Below are positions 18,092 through 26,066 of a DNA stretch of 62,865 bases, one piece after another. Position numbers and translations under genes: made by a program. How positions within the stretch are numbered: the stretch's first letter is position 1; every line of letters starts with the position of its first letter. The stretch lies in the IMG/VR virus record IMGVR_UViG_3300032117_000008; one strand, 5' to 3'. The notes under the pieces are model-generated. The model saw only the letters and a list, made by a program, of their open reading frames with translations. It was not told the DNA's origin and did not search any database. The stretch is from an uncultured virus (IMG/VR IMGVR_UViG_3300032117_000008). Taxonomy: Duplodnaviria > Heunggongvirae > Uroviricota > Caudoviricetes.

Positions 18092-18159
18092 TAAGTCATT
18101 GATATTATGTATGAAAATTTCAGGGCTTTTAGATTTCGAATTTCGCTAAGTCGTTGATT
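18092..18159 (-). promoter_or_regulatory. Two IHF-consensus sites
   Basis: TATCAA-TGAC-TTA (18104-18092) and AATCAA-CGAC-TTA (18159-18147) match WATCAANNNNTTR, 55 bp apart. Confidence 0.6.
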
Positions 18160-18242
18160 TTATTGGCATTCGTTCTAGACGCTTTGTTGAGAGTGAGAGA
18201 TGCTGGGTAACCGGGCACTCTGCGTCTCTCGGGCTGCATCTC

Positions 18243-18595
18243 TGTTCTAGAGCCTCCTTGCTTTTAAAATCGATCCGCGCTATGATTGGTTATAAGGTTG
18301 ATAGACGAGGCACGAGGCCTCTATAGGAGAACTGATATGACACATTCCGAGGCCGAATTCCAACGCTCCATGTTCGCGCTGTCGATGCTGCTGTTCGTTG
18401 GCGCACTGTTCCTTGTTGGCTTTCTTGGAGGTTGAGTCATGCGTAATTATGCTTTCTTTATCGCCATGATGGTGGCCGCGACCCTGATCATTCAGGCTGC
18501 TATGTTCTAGAGCCTCCTTGCTTTTAAAAGCAACTCGGGCTATAATGGGTTATAAGGTTGATAGACGAGGCACGAGGCCTCTATAGGAGAACTGA
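18243..18595 (+). repeat. Direct repeat of a 93-bp promoter/leader unit (260-bp period)
   Basis: 18243-18335 and 18503-18595 differ only in the spacer and -10 region. Confidence 0.9.
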
Positions 18596-18805
18596 AAATG
18601 CTGAAACCCAACGCCTCTAAGATCGCGCTGGCGATGCTGGCCATGATCGACGATCACCTCGCCCTCACCGCCGCCTTGGTGGTGGCCGCGACCCTGATCA
18701 TTGAGGCTGCTATATTCTTTATGTGAGGTATTGACATGATGGTAATGATCGGTTTTTTAATTTTCTTGCTTGGATTTTGTATTGGTAAGATGCTTTTACC
18801 CTGAT
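18337..18805 (+). CDS. Cluster of four hydrophobic micro-ORFs (18337-18435, 18439-18510, 18598-18726, 18737-18805)
   Basis: Each has an SD (AGGAG/GGAGG/GAGG) and one TM-like stretch. Confidence 0.55.
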
Positions 18806-18816
18806 GGAGATGTATT

Positions 18817-19014
18817 ATGATTGAAACGATTCTTATTGCCCTTGGTATCATGTTCATCCTGACGGCTACATTCCTGCTTGGGGTGTGGATTGGTGCATAC
18901 CGAGCCACTGATATAATCTATAACAGCCTGCAGAGCTCTGTGCACATTCTCGAAGAGAAGGCTGCGAAAGAAGCTGCTGCGACGTCAGCGGAGACCGAGG
19001 ATGAGCGACGATAA
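18817..19014 (+). CDS. Single-TM small protein
   Basis: N-terminal hydrophobic helix; GGAG SD. Confidence 0.6.
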   Translation: MIETILIALGIMFILTATFLLGVWIGAYRATDIIYNSLQSSVHILEEKAAKEAAATSAETEDERR

Positions 19015-19492
19015 CATACTCTTTGTATCCAGACAAGGCACAATCGCGATTGAATGGTTCGATGCTGTTGTTTGGGATGCTGGCCATTATGGCTCGGAAG
19101 GCAAACATGCGATAGTGTCGTATCCGGGCTCTAAGTGGCTTGTCGTGGATAGTGTGTATTCTGCATATGAGTCCAAGAAGCCGCAGACGCTGCTTTATGT
19201 GGGCATTCATTATGACGGCGATGATCTTAATGCAGTTCGCGTAGACCCCAAAGAGTTCGAGCCATTGGCAGATGGCCAGAAGTTGTCGGACGACCTTTAT
19301 CGTAGACACAAGAAATCCCATAGGATCGCATTGCGTAGATCGACTAACTCTGATCTTGAGAGCCAAATACGAGACGCCGAAGAAAGAGCCATGGCGTATT
19401 TGATGCTTGCGCGAGACATTAGAGCAAACCCTGATCAGAAAAGATTCGCTGCTTCGTATGGCTCATACGTTGTCGGGTATGTTCGTCCATAG
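19001..19492 (+). CDS. Hypothetical protein
   Basis: ORF overlapping the upstream gene; GGAG SD. Confidence 0.6.
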   Translation: MSDDNILFVSRQGTIAIEWFDAVVWDAGHYGSEGKHAIVSYPGSKWLVVDSVYSAYESKKPQTLLYVGIHYDGDDLNAVRVDPKEFEPLADGQKLSDDLYRRHKKSHRIALRRSTNSDLESQIRDAEERAMAYLMLARDIRANPDQKRFAASYGSYVVGYVRP

Positions 19493-19600
19493 CAGTTTGC
19501 TGTTAGAGCAACACCGTTGCTTTTAGGAACAACGTAGTTGTTTTTAAAATAATTTCAAGGTATACTAGGTTATAAACATTGAAGCAATAGGAGAATTGTT

Positions 19601-20083
19601 ATGGGTCTTGATATGTATCTGTCTGCCAAACGCGATATTTGGGGGTTCGATGCTGAAGACAAAAATCTTGGTAACTCCATTCAGAAATTGTTTCCGGAGC
19701 TTGATGATATTCAGGCCCGATTTAATTATACTATCGTTAATAGCGTCAAGATTGAAGTTGGTTATTGGCGCAAGGCCAATGCCATTCATCATTGGTTTGT
19801 TGAGAACGTTCAAGGCGGTGAGGACGTTCAAGGCGGTGAGGACGAATGTCATCGTCATGAAGTAACTCGTGATAAGCTTAAAGCCCTCAAATTGGTTTGT
19901 GAAGCTGTTTTGAGAGATCGCTCAAAATCTGTTGTTCTTTTGCCGACTCGTGATGATTTCTTCTTTAGTAGCACTGATTACGATGAAGGTTATTATCAGG
20001 ATATCACTGATACGATTGATATTATTGATCGTTGTTTGAAGCTTCCCGACAATTGGAGTTTTGAATATTGTAGCTCTTGGTGA
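19601..20083 (+). CDS. Conserved phage protein (YWRKANAIH family) with an 18-bp in-frame duplication
   Basis: MGLDMYL, YWRKANAIHHWF, Y.SSW end; VQGGED duplicated at 19806-19841. Confidence 0.8.
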   Translation: MGLDMYLSAKRDIWGFDAEDKNLGNSIQKLFPELDDIQARFNYTIVNSVKIEVGYWRKANAIHHWFVENVQGGEDVQGGEDECHRHEVTRDKLKALKLVCEAVLRDRSKSVVLLPTRDDFFFSSTDYDEGYYQDITDTIDIIDRCLKLPDNWSFEYCSSW

Positions 20084-20089
20084 GTAATC

Positions 20090-20287
20090 ATGTATAACAT
20101 GTCAGACCTTGAATATAAGTTGAATACGAAAATTCCCAACGAAACTCATGTTCGGGTTTTAAAACATTTATCTAATGAATTAATCGTTCACACTGCAAAT
20201 GAACTTGGTTGGAGAAATTCAGACTTTCAAGTTCAGGTTTTGTATCAAACTATTGCTGAAGTCAGAAAAAGTATGAAACATGTATGA
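20090..20287 (+). CDS. MY-family small paralog 4
   Basis: MYNMS start; overlaps the next paralog. Confidence 0.55.
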   Translation: MYNMSDLEYKLNTKIPNETHVRVLKHLSNELIVHTANELGWRNSDFQVQVLYQTIAEVRKSMKHV

Positions 20288-20477
20288 TACAACAGAAGTT
20301 CATGATCCGGCGGACCGAACATTCCAACAAGTAAACGATCAAGCTTGGTACCAAGTACAAAATCAGGTTTACTTTCATGTAAGCTATCAATTTTTGCGTC
20401 AGTCCAAAGATCAATTTGGGGATCATATACGTGACCAAATTGTTGATCAAATAAGAAATGAGTTAAAAAATGTATGA
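20280..20477 (+). CDS. MY-family small paralog 5
   Basis: MYDTT...IRDQIVDQIRNELK. Confidence 0.6.
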   Translation: MYDTTEVHDPADRTFQQVNDQAWYQVQNQVYFHVSYQFLRQSKDQFGDHIRDQIVDQIRNELKNV

Positions 20478-20647
20478 TACATTAGAAGTCGATATCAAAT
20501 ATCCTAACGCTCTTGTTATTGAAATTGATTCGCGATCATTATGTTGTTTATATGCATATGGCCTTATTGGCGCCTAGCAACGTTAAGGATAGATTGGTTA
20601 GACAGATTATTGACGAGCTTAAAACTAATATTTCATATTCACACTAA
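20470..20647 (+). pseudogene. Frameshifted MY-family paralog 6
   Basis: MYDTLEV frame stops at 20577; the +1 frame from about 20531 gives the family-like end VKDRLVRQIIDELK. Confidence 0.5.
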
Positions 20648-20708
20648 TGATTATACCGACTATTGAATAAAAGGTCAAGCGTTATTTTGAACTACATTGG
20701 AGATTATT

Positions 20709-21230
20709 ATGAACGACAGTAAGTTACAGCGTATTATTTTTATTGATATTGATGGTCCTATTATCAATACTCCTTGTTTTTATATCGATCCGATGTGTTC
20801 GATGAACCGTTCGGTTATGAATACGCAGGCTATCGGTTACGTCAATCGTCTTGCTCAAATCGTCGACGCCAAAATTGTTACAAACTCAAGTCACAATTCT
20901 TATTTGGTTGAGAATATTTTGACGCCCGAGAAACGCGATTTGAGGCAAGACCTGATCAAATGGGGTATGAAAGAGGATTTGTTTCATACTGTTTGGCGTA
21001 CAGGATTTCCTGATAACGCAAAATTCAATGCCAATTGGCATAGAAGGATGGATGCAATCGAGGATTGGCAAGAGGCTAATGGCGAGTGTGATTGGATTTG
21101 TTTCGATGATGATAAATTTACTTCTAGAAAGAATTTAATTGTCATCGATTTTGAAACTGGTATTGATCATGCTGCGTATAGGAAGGCGGGGAAATTTTGG
21201 GGTATTAGAAAAGAGCCCATCATTTATTGA
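20709..21230 (+). CDS. HAD-superfamily protein (Swiss Army Knife RNA-repair-like)
   Basis: IIFIDIDGP, IVTNSS, WICFDDD motifs. Confidence 0.75.
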   Translation: MNDSKLQRIIFIDIDGPIINTPCFYIDPMCSMNRSVMNTQAIGYVNRLAQIVDAKIVTNSSHNSYLVENILTPEKRDLRQDLIKWGMKEDLFHTVWRTGFPDNAKFNANWHRRMDAIEDWQEANGECDWICFDDDKFTSRKNLIVIDFETGIDHAAYRKAGKFWGIRKEPIIY

Positions 21231-21282
21231 GTTGACTTTTAAACGTTTTGGGTTTATGATTGGTTATAAGATGGAGAGTTAG

Positions 21283-21501
21283 ATGAGCAGTCTTGTTGGT
21301 GATATCAGAGCGGTAAATTATTGGGATTGGTATGAACCGATTTGGGACGGGGTTACGCTCCCAAGACCAAAGAAAGAACTAGTGGTTAGTAGTTACGAGT
21401 TGCAAATTCGTAAGGTTGTCGTCTCGGATCAAGGGTTGCCAACGTTGTCTGATTGGATGCCTATCCAAGTAGTGGACATTTATCCTGAGGGAGCGAAATG
21501 A
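21283..21501 (+). CDS. Early hypothetical protein
   Basis: Own promoter and GGAG SD. Confidence 0.6.
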   Translation: MSSLVGDIRAVNYWDWYEPIWDGVTLPRPKKELVVSSYELQIRKVVVSDQGLPTLSDWMPIQVVDIYPEGAK

Positions 21502-21698
21502 AGCATCGTAAGTTGGAAGATTATAACCCTAATGGTCACGTCGTTTCCGTTTACGATAAATCAAGATTGATTGAGCGTAAGGAATATCCTACTTACGGTA
21601 AAGCGATGCATGGCATTCTAGCTTTAGAAGCTCAGTACCCGCATTTTAAGGTTGAATACCGAGATCAACGAGTTTTTAGGACCGACACTTATGAATGA
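21498..21698 (+). CDS. Hypothetical protein
   Basis: ATGA coupling, GGAG SD. Confidence 0.6.
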   Translation: MKHRKLEDYNPNGHVVSVYDKSRLIERKEYPTYGKAMHGILALEAQYPHFKVEYRDQRVFRTDTYE

Positions 21699-21948
21699 GC
21701 AAGGTAAAAATCTGATTGAAAACTTTAGATGGGAGGCCAAAGCGAAAAGGGTCGGTCCCACTAATATTAGTTATTCGTTCACTCCGGAGGAACTCGAAAA
21801 ATACTCTGAGATGATCATCAAAGAGTGTGTCGATATTATGTTGACGGAATTGAAGAATACTTCTATGCTTTTGTCTAATCCAGGCAAAAGTTCTGCAATT
21901 TGGGAAGCTAGAAATAAAATTAGCAAACGGTTTGGAGTTGATTTCTGA
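21691..21948 (+). CDS. Hypothetical protein
   Basis: LEKYSEMIIKEC...KRFGV pattern; overlapping starts and stops. Confidence 0.6.
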   Translation: MNEQGKNLIENFRWEAKAKRVGPTNISYSFTPEELEKYSEMIIKECVDIMLTELKNTSMLLSNPGKSSAIWEARNKISKRFGVDF

Positions 21949-22268
21949 TGCATAGAATCATTCAAAACGAAGTCAAATGTCTTAAGTGCGAAGAGATTAT
22001 TTGGTCAGCACATCGTCACGACTACAAGAGTTGTAAGTGTGGTTCTATCGCTGTCGATGGAGGAACAGACTATCTAAGACGCGTCGGAGATTTTTCAAAC
22101 GTCGAAGAGCGGTCAATGTCGATGGACGAGGAGGCGATTTATAAATGTATAGAGGCTGTTAAATGGGGTAAGAAATCTGGTCGTAACGAATACGGTATCT
22201 CTCTAGCTGTGATCAGAGCATTGAGGGATACGGGTTATCTTAACATGGAAAAATTCAAAGGAGAATAA
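21948..22268 (+). CDS. Zn-ribbon protein
   Basis: CLKC..I.S.HRHDY..CKCG.IAVDGG.DYLRR. Confidence 0.75.
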   Translation: MHRIIQNEVKCLKCEEIIWSAHRHDYKSCKCGSIAVDGGTDYLRRVGDFSNVEERSMSMDEEAIYKCIEAVKWGKKSGRNEYGISLAVIRALRDTGYLNMEKFKGE

Positions 22269-22269
22269 T

Positions 22270-22506
22270 ATGAGCGCAGAAATTATTGATTTTGTTTCTA
22301 AGAACGTTCCGGTTGATTTTGGGTTTGTCAAAGGCGAAAAGGTTAAGAAGCCCAAGACGCCTCAAGATTATCAAAATCTCTTGAAGAAGTTTTTGACGAC
22401 AGAGGATTATGAAGAAGTTCTGCTTTGTATTATGGATGATGAATATTACGATTCTGCGGACCCTGAAATTCAAAAAATTGTAGACGCTTACGATTCCTTT
22501 TGGTGA
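22270..22506 (+). CDS. Acidic hypothetical protein
   Basis: AAGGAG SD. Confidence 0.6.
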   Translation: MSAEIIDFVSKNVPVDFGFVKGEKVKKPKTPQDYQNLLKKFLTTEDYEEVLLCIMDDEYYDSADPEIQKIVDAYDSFW

Positions 22507-22533
22507 TATATAAATATTATCAAAACAGGAGTT
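22492..22533 (+). promoter_or_regulatory. Late promoter TATAAATA in the loop of an SD-sequestering hairpin
   Basis: TATAAATA at 22509-22516; ATTCCT/TTTGGTGATA pair with TATTATCAAA/AGGAGT. Confidence 0.7.
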
Positions 22534-22536
22534 AAA

Positions 22537-22923
22537 ATGGACTGTGTAGCAATAGGTGACGATATAGCGATAGGAGTTGCTGCTCCTCTTACTTGTGAAG
22601 TTAGAGCAGCAACAAACTTGACTAGTTCGCGTATTATTCAATATGCAAACGGTACGTATCACGCCTATTGTGTTTTGTCTGCGGGAACTTTTGATCCAAA
22701 CAGTAGTAAGCTATCGACAAATTTGATGAGTATTAGAAACGAATCAAATTGTAAGTTTTACGTTTGGATTTTACCTGTTAATTCAACAGCTTCTAAAGTT
22801 GTTAGTTCTGTGGCCGTAAAACATTCTGATTACACAGTATCTTTTACTCCAGGTATTGATGGTATAACGCCTTCTAGCTATAATGATCTAGCTGGCGCCA
22901 TACTCAATAAAACTAACAACTAA
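22537..22923 (+). CDS. Degenerate SGNH-hydrolase-like protein
   Basis: IGDDIAIG, LSAGTFD and DGITP occupy the GDS, GxND and DxxH blocks. Confidence 0.5.
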   Translation: MDCVAIGDDIAIGVAAPLTCEVRAATNLTSSRIIQYANGTYHAYCVLSAGTFDPNSSKLSTNLMSIRNESNCKFYVWILPVNSTASKVVSSVAVKHSDYTVSFTPGIDGITPSSYNDLAGAILNKTNN

Positions 22924-23018
22924 ATAAAAAGTATTCTTCTTTACAGTTAGGGCGATCTGTGTTGAAGTATTTGTTTTTGTTAAAATCGCTAAACTCAATA
23001 TATTGAAAGGAAATTAAA

Positions 23019-23405
23019 ATGGCTCCATTTGTTGTTGTGGCCCTTGTGGCTGCAGGTTTGTTTGGTACTGGTACGGTTGTTCGTGAGCAGCAGCCTGTAA
23101 TTGGTACGGTTCTTCAGGGCGCTGGTGTTGGTACTCTCGTTGGTGGCGGTATTGGCGCTGCTGTGGGCGTTCCTTCCGCTCTTGCCACTGGTTTTGGTGC
23201 TACCACTACCGCTGGTCTTGTTACTGGCACTGCTATCGTCGGTGCTGGTGCCGGCGCTGCAGGCGGTTATGTTCTTCAGAATCGCGCTCCTGCGGTTATT
23301 GCTCCGTTCGAGAATAGCCTTCAGAACGATGTTAATGTTCTCAAGCAGGACGTTGCTTCTCTTAAGGCAAAGCGCCATAAGAAGAAGGTTGTTGCTTCTA
23401 AGTAA
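23019..23405 (+). CDS. Gly-zipper membrane protein with coiled-coil/basic tail
   Basis: GxxxG repeats; upstream CTAAATA; downstream terminator. Confidence 0.65.
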   Translation: MAPFVVVALVAAGLFGTGTVVREQQPVIGTVLQGAGVGTLVGGGIGAAVGVPSALATGFGATTTAGLVTGTAIVGAGAGAAGGYVLQNRAPAVIAPFENSLQNDVNVLKQDVASLKAKRHKKKVVASK

Positions 23406-23412
23406 CATATTA

Positions 23413-23440
23413 GAGGGAGCTTCGGCTCCCTTTTTTATTT
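23413..23440 (+). terminator. Rho-independent terminator
   Basis: GGGAGC-TTCG-GCTCCC-TTTTTT. Confidence 0.9.
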
Positions 23441-23532
23441 CATAATTGCGCTTGCTTTTAAAACAAATCCGTATTATAATAAGTTATAAATTGGTTGAGC
23501 GGTTCGGCCAATAAAGAATGAGGATCTATATT

Positions 23533-24495
23533 ATGGCACACGAAATTGAATTTGTTGACGGTAAAGCTCAGATGGCCTATGTTGGTCAGGTTCCCTGGCA
23601 CGGTCTTGGTACACGAGTTCCGGCCGATCTCACTCCCAATCAGATGCTTGATGCGGCTGGTCTTAATTGGACCGTGCGTAAGGTTGAGGCTACTGCTTAC
23701 GATTTCGAGACCGATCGTCTTTATACTCTTGATCGGGCGGCTTTGATCCGTAACAATGATGGTAAGCTTCTCGATGTCGTTTCGAACGATTGGAATCCCG
23801 TTCAGAATGAGGAAGCCTTTGAGTTCTTTAACGAATTCGTGGCGGCTGGTGATATGGAAATGCATACCGCTGGTTCTCTGAAGGATGGTCAGATCGTTTG
23901 GGGTCTTGCTAAGATCAAGGAATCTTTCGAACTCTTTAAGGGCGATCGTATTGATTCTTATCTTCTTTTCTCTAACTTTCATAAGTACGGATTTTCAACG
24001 GACGTCCGATTCACCCCTATTCGTGTTGTTTGTAACAACACTCTTTCGCTTTCGCTTTCTTCGAAGGTTGAGCGAATGGTTAAGATTTCTCACCGTAAGG
24101 TTTTCGATCCTTCGAACGTCAAGGATATGCTCGGTATTGCTACCGACAAGCTTGTAAAGTATAAGGATATGGCTTCTTTCCTTGGTTCTAAGAAGGCCAA
24201 GAACGAAGATATCGTTGAATATTTCAAGCGTATTTTCCCTGTTTCGGGTTCTGGTGATAAGAAGAAGGAAGTTTCTAAAAATGCGCAGACTGCTCTCGGT
24301 ATTCTTCATACTCAACCTGGCGCTGAATATGCCGAAGGGACTTGGTGGCAGCCTTTTAACGCTGTTACGTATTTGACCGATCATCTCGCGGGTCGTTCGC
24401 CCGATTCGCGTTTGGCTTCGGCTTGGTACGGTCAGAATAAGAACCTCAAGACTAAGGCTCTTGAACTTGCTGTTGAAATGGCCGAAGCGGCTTGA
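23533..24495 (+). CDS. DUF932 (TIGR03299-like) protein
   Basis: PWHGLG, AGLNWTV, PVQNEEAF, TAGSL..G, TPIRVVCNNTL. Confidence 0.85.
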   Translation: MAHEIEFVDGKAQMAYVGQVPWHGLGTRVPADLTPNQMLDAAGLNWTVRKVEATAYDFETDRLYTLDRAALIRNNDGKLLDVVSNDWNPVQNEEAFEFFNEFVAAGDMEMHTAGSLKDGQIVWGLAKIKESFELFKGDRIDSYLLFSNFHKYGFSTDVRFTPIRVVCNNTLSLSLSSKVERMVKISHRKVFDPSNVKDMLGIATDKLVKYKDMASFLGSKKAKNEDIVEYFKRIFPVSGSGDKKKEVSKNAQTALGILHTQPGAEYAEGTWWQPFNAVTYLTDHLAGRSPDSRLASAWYGQNKNLKTKALELAVEMAEAA

Positions 24496-24543
24496 TTTTA
24501 AAAAGGATCTAAGCTATAATACAATATAACTTGGAGAACAGTA

Positions 24544-25668
24544 ATGGCTCGTCGTCAACCACTTATCGCTAATCGCAAACAGAAAGCTCCTCGCGTTTCT
24601 CGTTCGGAGCAGTACATCGTCAACTATAAGTATCTCGGCGACGAGCCCCTTTTCGATAAGGTTCCGTCAATTTCGGAATATTCTCAGGCTTTGACTTGGT
24701 ACAATTATATGTGTACCAACGACGAAGCTCGCGGTTATCTTAAAGATTACCTTAAGAGCAAGTCGCGAACCGAGGAATTGAAGAAGCTTAATCGCGTATC
24801 TGATACTTGGGTTTCAACGACCGCTTGTTGGGTCGCGCGTATGATCACTCGTGGTTCTAAGATGCCAGAAACAGCGGGAACTTTCCTTGAAACTAAGATC
24901 AAGGAGATGCTTTCTCGCGCGAAGGTTGAAGAACCTGTTGTTGAAACCGAAGTCAAGAAGCCTACGGTTAAAGAGCGTATTCAGGACAAAGCTTCTGACA
25001 TTATCGGCGATATCGAGGAAATGATTGATTCTGACGTTAAGTTTTCGCTTTACGATTGGATGAAGTCGAAATATATTCCCGCTGTTTACGCTTCTATGAT
25101 TGTAGAGAAGTATACACCATGGCTCGACGAGTTGCTTGAGGCTCTCGAAGGCAACGATAATCAACTTAAAGAGGCTTATCGTTATCTTTCTAAGAAACAA
25201 CTCAAGGAACGAGTTTTGTTCTTTAACTCGTTGATCGAGGACGCCGAACGTTATGGCGCTGTGACTAAAAAGACGCGTAAACCACGTAAGCCTCGCGCTG
25301 TTTCGGTCGAGAAGAAGCTCAAGAACCTTAAGTATCAAAAGGAAGATAAAGAGTTCAAGATCGCTTCGGTCAATCCAGAAAAGATTATTGGCGCTCAAGA
25401 ACTTTGGACGTTCAACACCAAATATAAGACGTTGACCGTACTAAGAGCTCTTGATCGCGGTGGTCTACAAATCAAGGGTACGAGCGTTTTGGGGTACGAT
25501 GAAAACAACTCCGTAACCAAACGTACTGGTCGCAAGCCAGAAGAATACATTAAGAAGGTTTTGGAAGGTGGTAAGATCGTATTGCGTAAGCTTATGGATG
25601 AGTTGAAGAAAGAAGCTTCTTTGGCTTATCGTATAAACGAAAATACTATTCTGCTAAAAATCACTTGA
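24544..25668 (+). CDS. Conserved T4-like hypothetical protein
   Basis: ALTWYNY, SVNPEKIIGAQELWTFNTK.K.L, RINENTILL. Confidence 0.75.
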   Translation: MARRQPLIANRKQKAPRVSRSEQYIVNYKYLGDEPLFDKVPSISEYSQALTWYNYMCTNDEARGYLKDYLKSKSRTEELKKLNRVSDTWVSTTACWVARMITRGSKMPETAGTFLETKIKEMLSRAKVEEPVVETEVKKPTVKERIQDKASDIIGDIEEMIDSDVKFSLYDWMKSKYIPAVYASMIVEKYTPWLDELLEALEGNDNQLKEAYRYLSKKQLKERVLFFNSLIEDAERYGAVTKKTRKPRKPRAVSVEKKLKNLKYQKEDKEFKIASVNPEKIIGAQELWTFNTKYKTLTVLRALDRGGLQIKGTSVLGYDENNSVTKRTGRKPEEYIKKVLEGGKIVLRKLMDELKKEASLAYRINENTILLKIT

Positions 25669-25698
25669 CCTTTTCAGCAGAATAGGGTAATATAAATA
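25665..25698 (+). promoter_or_regulatory. Overlapping sigma70 and late promoters of the RNA operon
   Basis: TTGACC-N17-TAATAT plus TATAAATA at 25691-25698. Confidence 0.7.
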
Positions 25699-25699
25699 T

Positions 25700-25976
25700 G
25701 TTGCTTGGTCGTTGAGGCGTAAAGAATAGATGCTTTGGACGTGGGTGCGAATCCCACCTGGTCCACCACAGATACACCGGGACCGACTCGAAAGAGACTC
25801 CTTAGAAGATGAGGGATTAGGTGTATCTTTGATGGGCCAGAATAGGTTCGACAAGGTATGTCAAGGTTACGAGTAGACTAAGTAAAAACGTTAAATGCAA
25901 ACGATAACAATGCATCTGGTTTCGCCCTAGCGGCGTAACATGAGTCCGGCAGGAACTTGGAAACAGAATCCTGCCA
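25700..25976 (+). ncRNA. ssrA: Circularly permuted two-piece tmRNA
   Basis: T-arm and CTGGTCC-ACCA end at 25768; GGGCCAG-AATAGGTTCGAC starts at 25834; G3:U70 pair; tag ORF 25897-25938 = ANDNNASGFALAA*; terminal GGCAGGA...TCCTGCC stem. Confidence 0.93.
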
Positions 25977-25985
25977 TCTTTTCAT

Positions 25986-26062
25986 GGCTCCTTAGCTCAG
26001 CTGGACAGAGCACCGGATTTCTACTCCGGGCGTCGAGGGTTCGAATCCTTCAGGGGCCGCCA
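25986..26062 (+). tRNA. tRNA-Arg(UCU)
   Basis: Complete cloverleaf, anticodon TCT at 26020-26022, A20, encoded CCA. Confidence 0.92.
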
Positions 26063-26066
26063 TTTT

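Larger units (their letters stand above)
8364..24520. promoter_or_regulatory. Family of about 25 early promoters, TTG(A/C/T)(T/C)T-TTAAAA..N17..TAnnnT, often followed by GTTATAAG
   Basis: Plus-strand -35 at 11974, 12573, 12850, 13782, 14344, 16212, 16585, 16870, 17110, 17361, 18258, 18518, 19538, 21232, 23452, 24492; minus-strand at 8392, 9404, 10257, 11205, 11563, 11904, 18005, 20678; all with 17-nt spacers; degenerate copies near 15841 and 15887. Confidence 0.9.

Noticed and set aside
25654..25854. 66-aa minus-strand ORF
   Set aside because: Antisense to the tmRNA
26013..26029. Amber suppressor tRNA (CTA in the loop)
   Set aside because: The 5-bp stem CCGGA/TCCGG places TCT at positions 34-36; A20 supports Arg
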